The notes beneath the pieces were generated by a model. It had not been told where the DNA came from, made no database searches, and saw only the letters and a list, made by a program, of their open reading frames with translations. From Corallochytrium limacisporum Hawaii (taxonomy: Eukaryota; Protista; Pluriformea): a stretch of DNA of 64,000 bases. Both the position numbers and the translations under genes were made by a program. This document shows, one piece after another, positions 58,301 to 64,000 of this stretch; the first letter of the stretch is position 1; each line of letters opens with the position of its first letter. Location: the NCBI GenBank assembly GCA_002811645.1, contig PDIP01000083.1:73732-137731 (forward strand), read 5' to 3'.

Positions 58301-58563
58301 AAAATAGAGGGGAACAAACCTTAGCTACATCAAGAACACATATCGCGTACCAAGTTGAGGAATCTCGAGAGATGTATAGCCAAGCTTGTAGTGACGATTT
58401 TACCGGAAGCGGGAGCGATTCATAGCGTACTAGAACGCACAGTAGTGTTTCACAGAAAACACGACACGGGGACCAATGCATATCCACCTGGAAAGCACAG
58501 ACGGCCTCAGAAAATACAAAAACAACATTAGATTCTTACAGAACCCACAGGACAAAGAAAACC

Positions 58564-58911
58564 ATGTCACAGCAGGGTGCCACATTGCAAAACTACAACA
58601 ATGAACTCGTCCGATGCATTGAAGAACTCAAGGCTTCCCGCGACGCTGCACATCAGCAAATCCTAAAGGACGAGGAAACACTGCTCAAACTTCAGCAGGA
58701 GAAGCGGAGCATAGAGGAGCGCATCGCACGCCTACAGGACGGATTGAACCAGCGCGTGAATCGCCGGGAAGAGTACGACAAGACCATCGCAGAGACCGAA
58801 GGAGCCTACATTAAGATCCTGGAGAGTTCACAGACCCTGTTGCACCTTTTGAAGAAGGAGACATCGACACTTAACAAGGCTGCTACCGCGAAGGCCTTTG
58901 GCCACCATTGA
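58564..58911 (+). CDS. SSNA1: SSNA1/NA14/DIP13 centriole/axoneme coiled-coil protein
   Basis: MSQQGATLQNYNNELVRCIEEL...EYDKTIAETEGAYIKILESSQTLL matches the family consensus. Confidence 0.96.
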   Translation: MSQQGATLQNYNNELVRCIEELKASRDAAHQQILKDEETLLKLQQEKRSIEERIARLQDGLNQRVNRREEYDKTIAETEGAYIKILESSQTLLHLLKKETSTLNKAATAKAFGHH

Positions 58912-59087
58912 TTCGTCAACTGAATACAAAACTACTGAACGGTCCATGCAAAACCACCACAACATACACACGAAGGAGGCTCATCGATTCATTTGTAAAA
59001 ACTATAAAATTTTATGGGCTAGGCGTAAGGTGGGAATCGGGATGGCTTTGATGGCCTGTATATGCATTCCGCCCGGGTGAATATTCT

Positions 59088-62000
59088 CTACAATTTGATA
59101 GGTCTCTGCATGGTCATCATGCTAGTAAGGCCATTCTGTGTGAGCAGGGCGCTTCGAACCACATCAATGTTCATCTTGTAGCCACCGTCCTTCCGTTCTT
59201 CCGCCCTGGCAGACTCTGCCTCGTCCTGAGTGTACTGACTGCGCCGGCGCTGATCCCTTGCAATGTCGAGGCACATTTGGCCAAACTGCGTTACCTCGAC
59301 AGTCATTTCATCGCTGTTTGGTGAGTCCAAAACCATTGCGTAAAACACACGCCAGAGGACCATAAAGTCATCCTCGTTGAGTACGTACTGCCGACAGACC
59401 AGAAGGAGGTCGTCGTCGCTGGCATTCACGTCCATTGCCTTACGCAGGTCTCGTGACAGACCGCGCCAGAGAGCTTTTTGATGTTGGATATCGTCGGCAA
59501 TGACGTCCTCATGCTGGGTGGCAATGTCACCGTCTCTTCCGTTGCCCGCGGTTGTGTCCGCAGTGATGGTGAGGCTTGACAGCACATTGGCAGCCAAACT
59601 ACCGAGGAACAGCAAGGACAATCTGCGACAGAAAGATCCGCGGCTAAAGGTCTGCACCGTCTTGACTAAGGCAGCTAGGTCGACTAGGCCATTCTCATCC
59701 TCATCCACGACGCGGAAAAAGACGCGACAAAGAACAATGGCCGCTGACATCAGGTCGTCAGGCTTGCGACGGCGGGGGGACTGCAGGTCCTGCAGGTCGT
59801 CAGCAACCGGGCGTTCCAGTCCTTCCACAACGAGCCGCAGTGTTCTGCGCTCCAACACCTGCGGCATACACACTCTTAACACCGCTCCAGTAAAGTTTTG
59901 TTGGTTCAGAAATTGTCCTTTACCGGCACGACTGTCCTCATTGCGCAGCCGGGCTTCCTGCCAGAGATCGTAGAGGTAGCCGAGTTCATCCTCGTTGAGG
60001 TCTTTGCCCAATTTTCCGACATTCTTCAAAGCAGTGCGGCGGTTCGTATCCTCCAGAGATTGCACAACGCGCACCTTCTCCTGGGCGCGCAGGTCGGCCA
60101 GCTGCACTTCAGTGAGACTCTGATAGTCCTGAAGGGTGGACTGGATCACGGCAGTCAGGACTTGATCAGATTGCGTCGCATCATCGAGACAATGATTCAG
60201 GGCCATCATGGCACCACCATCGTCCTCGAGGCTTTCCAAAGCCTTCTCCTTGGTCTTAAGGATGGCTAAGGAAAACTTGAACAGGAATGTCTTACCCTGG
60301 AGCATGACCATGTCAACAATGCGGGCACCGCGACGATAGTCAAAGTGACTCAGGAACAGTGTTAGGAACCAACTCACGCCGATTACACTTAGTACGCCCA
60401 GGGAGTTCAGGGCTTTGTAGACCGCGGGCATTTCGCTCTCCATCAGGCGTTCAAGAACGCCATGGTCGACAAGAGCACCAGCCACCCTCGTAGAGTAGTA
60501 CCCTTCTAGCAGGCGCTCGCAGATGAATGTGAGCAACCAGAAGCTGGATTCTTCATCACAGTAGACGAGCAGCACACTAGCTACAATATTCATGGCTTGA
60601 CAGTAACCAATGCGGGGATTGCGGATGGCGTATGCGACCAGGACGCGACGCAGAGCATCAATGCCACCGCCCCCAGCCTGGTAAGCCGGGTGCTCAGGAA
60701 GGGATCGGTGCAGATCACGCTCGATTTCATCGAGTGTGGTCTCGAAGCGCTTCAAGTCCCGTTGGGTAATGGCCACGACCTCTCCCTTTAGATCCCCCAG
60801 TAAAGGCGTGACCATGTGGTTGTCGCTTGGTCCATCGTTCTGGGTTACTGCTACGGCCGACGTCTCAGAAATTGGGCTCTCGACTGCGTGGTCACCAATA
60901 ATTTGCTTCGGCATGTCAATCTCACGGACGACCTTTTCGCGCATCGCAAGCTGCACCTCGATCACTTTACGTCGCAACAGTTCCCCGCGGCACACAAGGT
61001 CCATGTAATACGAATCAGGGTGCTGGTCACGATCGATACGAGCGCCACTCAGGTGGCTCCAAGCGCGCTGTCGAGCCTCGTTTGGGATCCCCTTACAGGC
61101 AACCAGATATGTAAGATCAGGGGTAATAATGCCAATGCCGCGATTCCACCAGTTGCGCGCCAAATGGCGCCACATGTCCATGTGCTCTTCAGCGTCCTTG
61201 GATGTGTTTCGGATGTCTTCCTCGCTTGTGTGCTCCAACCGATGAGCCGAGTGAGGGAAATGGCGGAAAAATGGTGCCACTCGGTCAGGTTCCAATCCGG
61301 CCACTGCATCGACTTGGTCGCTCAGAGATGAGTGCGTGCCGTCCAGAGTGGTCCGCATCACAACGCTTGGAGGGTCCAGAACTTCAACTGCGCTGGACCG
61401 CTGCGGGTTCTGCATCTCTCCTTGCGAGCTACGCAAGGAGCTAATGGATGCCCGCAGCGACTGTAGAGAGCCCTTTTTCTCTTCCTCGGTCATACGTTTG
61501 CCCGCTGTCTCCTTCTCTTCCAACTCCTTTAGGTGCTCCTCCTCAAGCTCCTGCTCGGCAGCCTCTTCTCGTGCCTGCAAGATGCGCAAAGCTTCTTGTC
61601 TCCGTTCTTCTTCCACCGGGTCTTGATCCAGAAGCTCCGCCATCTTCATCGTCCGGAGAGACTCGCCGATGAGTTTAATTTTGGCACCCCGGGTAGATCC
61701 CATAACCAGGATCATAGCCTCGTGGTCAATGCCCGAATGGTCAGGTATCAATTTCTCAACTTCAGTGCCATTCAGTGGCTTGGGATTCATCAGCGGATCG
61801 TAATTGGCATCACTTGATTCCCGTGAGAGAGACAGGCCTTTGCTGAGCCGACGACGTCTAAGCAAAGGGATTGCATCCGCATCACCGCTGCCCTCAGGGG
61901 GATCCACCTGGAGCTCGTGCACGCGATCCAGTGAGATCACCACCATGGCTGCGTCCTGGCTGCTGACTGAAAATCCCGAACTCGCCAGGTCAGAAAGGCT

Positions 62001-63527
62001 CGGTGCCTTTCTGCCTGTCGTCGCTGTTCCAAGCCGCGGACTAAGGCTTTGATGGCGAAACACACGACGGTGATGCTTTGTATCGAACGGGGCATTGGTT
62101 GAATGGAAACACAAGAAATGCGGGCCATGGTACATTGCACCATCGATCAGCATAACATCGTTACCCTGCAGCGGTTCCTCAATGATGAGCCGCACATTGT
62201 CGTATACAGCGAGCAGCGGGCTGCAGGCCTCTGGCAGTCTGAACAGATTACAAAAGGTCCTACTCACAGCACTGACCTGCAAGTGCGAGTATATATCCCG
62301 GTCCCGTAGGCCGGCGGCGATGCCTGCAGCAGTAGGCAGCGGTCCACCAACTGAGTCGTCGACGGTATTCAATAGTTGTTCCATCGCCCTACTGACCAGC
62401 GACTCCATCAATTTCAAAGTTTTTTTAGGGTGGATCACGCCGCCAAAGAAATACGTCCCTCCATTCCTGGTCTGTACCTCAATGGCATCATTGACCGCAC
62501 TGATGGATCCCATACTCACAGTCGCACCTTCCTTGATCTTTACGACATCCGTCCACGGTACCAGATGCTTCACTTCGAAGCCCATGACACTCGAATGGAA
62601 GCACATAAAATTCTCGCTGCAATACATCCATCCTTGTCGGGGAATACGGTTCCACCATAGATGGCAACTGTAGTAATTGATCAGGCGCTCGTTGGACGGC
62701 ACGTCAAACAACTTTCGGAAGTTCCTTGTGCGTTTCTGAAAACGCAAGAGTTCCTCGCCTTCCTGTGCCTCCGCACTCTCAAACAAGTCTGTTTCTGGTC
62801 GCTGGAGCGTTCCATTGCTGCTGGTCGATCCCACGCTGCTACGGGTACTATCCTTGTGTACGCGATGTTGGCGTAGAAGCGCGCTGCTGCCCGCCAACCC
62901 GTCTGGTGCTCCGAGATCCATGCCAGTAGCAGCAGCCGCTGCAGCGGCTTCCTTTTCGCTGGCGTTGTTCTTCCGATTCTGGGCCTCGTCAGCCAAAGAG
63001 TCGATCTTGTCAAGAGCGAACTTTCTTTGCTCCTTGAGTTCGTCCATCTGCATAATCTTGGGCGTCATGTTGGTCATCAGCCAATTCCAGTGCTGTTCAA
63101 TGGCTTTCAGGCTGTCGCTCTTGGCCAACAGAAAGTACCGTTCACTGTCTTCCTGCTGGAGAAGAATGCGATACGTAGGCTCTACAGTGTCCAGGACATT
63201 GTCCATGGTACTCACAACCGAATTCAGAAACTTTGCGCCGATGTTTCTGACCGATGTGAAAGTACCCCATTTCGGTGCCTTCGAGGCGGCCTCCTTTTCT
63301 TTATCGTGGTGCGTGCTCACTGTGGTTCCGTCGGAACGAACCCGGATCTCATCTACTTCCACCTGGGTGTTGCCTTTTTTCTTGCTGGCCTCAACGTCTT
63401 CATCACCACGGCCCCTTCGCTTTTGCAGCAGGAAGAAATCCGATCCACGTAATGTGGAGTAAAGCGGAGTGAATAGAACTTCCTGCTCCTGGAAATTTCC
63501 CTTTTCATCGCGTTGACGGACCCACAT
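59088..63527 (-). CDS. TBC1D9: Rab-GAP TBC1D8/TBC1D9 family (GRAM domains, TBC domain, EF-hand-like)
   Basis: MWV...FFLLQKRRG N-terminus; GRAM ERLINYYSC..W..RIPRQGWMY; R-finger IERDLHRSLPEHPAYQ; Q-finger GYCQAMNIV; DEDENGLVD loop. Confidence 0.92.
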   Translation of the reverse strand: MWVRQRDEKGNFQEQEVLFTPLYSTLRGSDFFLLQKRRGRGDEDVEASKKKGNTQVEVDEIRVRSDGTTVSTHHDKEKEAASKAPKWGTFTSVRNIGAKFLNSVVSTMDNVLDTVEPTYRILLQQEDSERYFLLAKSDSLKAIEQHWNWLMTNMTPKIMQMDELKEQRKFALDKIDSLADEAQNRKNNASEKEAAAAAAATGMDLGAPDGLAGSSALLRQHRVHKDSTRSSVGSTSSNGTLQRPETDLFESAEAQEGEELLRFQKRTRNFRKLFDVPSNERLINYYSCHLWWNRIPRQGWMYCSENFMCFHSSVMGFEVKHLVPWTDVVKIKEGATVSMGSISAVNDAIEVQTRNGGTYFFGGVIHPKKTLKLMESLVSRAMEQLLNTVDDSVGGPLPTAAGIAAGLRDRDIYSHLQVSAVSRTFCNLFRLPEACSPLLAVYDNVRLIIEEPLQGNDVMLIDGAMYHGPHFLCFHSTNAPFDTKHHRRVFRHQSLSPRLGTATTGRKAPSLSDLASSGFSVSSQDAAMVVISLDRVHELQVDPPEGSGDADAIPLLRRRRLSKGLSLSRESSDANYDPLMNPKPLNGTEVEKLIPDHSGIDHEAMILVMGSTRGAKIKLIGESLRTMKMAELLDQDPVEEERRQEALRILQAREEAAEQELEEEHLKELEEKETAGKRMTEEEKKGSLQSLRASISSLRSSQGEMQNPQRSSAVEVLDPPSVVMRTTLDGTHSSLSDQVDAVAGLEPDRVAPFFRHFPHSAHRLEHTSEEDIRNTSKDAEEHMDMWRHLARNWWNRGIGIITPDLTYLVACKGIPNEARQRAWSHLSGARIDRDQHPDSYYMDLVCRGELLRRKVIEVQLAMREKVVREIDMPKQIIGDHAVESPISETSAVAVTQNDGPSDNHMVTPLLGDLKGEVVAITQRDLKRFETTLDEIERDLHRSLPEHPAYQAGGGGIDALRRVLVAYAIRNPRIGYCQAMNIVASVLLVYCDEESSFWLLTFICERLLEGYYSTRVAGALVDHGVLERLMESEMPAVYKALNSLGVLSVIGVSWFLTLFLSHFDYRRGARIVDMVMLQGKTFLFKFSLAILKTKEKALESLEDDGGAMMALNHCLDDATQSDQVLTAVIQSTLQDYQSLTEVQLADLRAQEKVRVVQSLEDTNRRTALKNVGKLGKDLNEDELGYLYDLWQEARLRNEDSRAGKGQFLNQQNFTGAVLRVCMPQVLERRTLRLVVEGLERPVADDLQDLQSPRRRKPDDLMSAAIVLCRVFFRVVDEDENGLVDLAALVKTVQTFSRGSFCRRLSLLFLGSLAANVLSSLTITADTTAGNGRDGDIATQHEDVIADDIQHQKALWRGLSRDLRKAMDVNASDDDLLLVCRQYVLNEDDFMVLWRVFYAMVLDSPNSDEMTVEVTQFGQMCLDIARDQRRRSQYTQDEAESARAEERKDGGYKMNIDVVRSALLTQNGLTSMMTMQRPIKL

Positions 63528-63634
63528 GTTTCAATCCCACAGGAATGTTTTGGTCAACTAAGACTAAACCGTTTTTTCTAACACTTAGCGTGTGCCCTAT
63601 CGAGTACACACACTCCGTTGTCTACAAAACCCAC

Positions 63635-64000
63635 TTACTGCCTCATCCACATCTTTTGAATGTGTTGCTTGGGGATAATAATCATGCCAATGCGACAAGC
63701 GTACGGGCTCTCTGGATCGTATGCTCCTTCGATCTTTCCTTGGTAGACTGGCGGCCACTCTGGGGGAGTCTGCGTCCTCCGAGAGTGATCAATCTTTGGA
63801 GGAGGAATATCAATGGCACCGCCGTCTGCGGGCTCCTGACCGATGCGGGTCGGCTCCCTGGCAAGCCAGGCCTCGGAAACGTCCTGCAAGACCAGGTTGC
63901 AATCCTTGTCTGTGCAAACAAAGGTGCCCTCAAACACACGTCCGTCAGTAATTTCGACAAATATCTGCTGGTTCAGAAGACTCTTCAGCCACTCCTTCTG
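63635..64000 (-). CDS. NAA38: Sm-like NatC auxiliary subunit (LSMD1/Naa38/Mak31), 5' end outside the window
   Basis: Frame is open to the window edge: WLKSLLNQQIFVEITDGRVFEGTFVCTDKDCNLVL (Sm1) ... RIGMIIIPKQHI (Sm2). Confidence 0.8.
   Translation of the reverse strand, partial: QKEWLKSLLNQQIFVEITDGRVFEGTFVCTDKDCNLVLQDVSEAWLAREPTRIGQEPADGGAIDIPPPKIDHSRRTQTPPEWPPVYQGKIEGAYDPESPYACRIGMIIIPKQHIQKMWMRQ

Noticed and set aside
1-64000. CRISPR arrays, rRNA, snRNAs, intact transposases, telomeric repeats, TGA-CTA readthrough contexts
   Set aside because: Looked for by eye and none was found; this was not an exhaustive computational search

Overview
Gene-dense eukaryotic nuclear DNA with 16 recognisable protein-coding genes (one truncated by the window end) and two tRNA-Pro genes. 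None of the CDSs needs an intron, including a 6.7-kb TMEM131-like ORF. The gene set mixes animal-type genes (TMEM131, PCM1-like, TBC1D8/9, AGMO, SSNA1) with fungal-type genes (ARG5,6 polyprotein, Dbf2/Sid2 kinase). This suggests an intron-poor, early-branching opisthokont or unicellular holozoan such as Corallochytrium (inference only). Convergent gene pairs are tightly packed. The long upstream spacers contain homopolymer islands, a ~100-bp exact direct repeat, two recurring short motifs and possible eroded LRR-type gene relics. Best leads: a PCM1 C-terminal-domain protein plus SSNA1; an ARG5,6 fusion lacking the GNAT/DUF619 domain but keeping an internal MPP-like cleavage site; a gene-conversion tract between tandem ABCD3 paralogues; and the dispersed intergenic motif family. 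All family assignments come from recalled motifs, not database searches. There are three N gaps (7324-7347, 16532-16874, 35084-35445).
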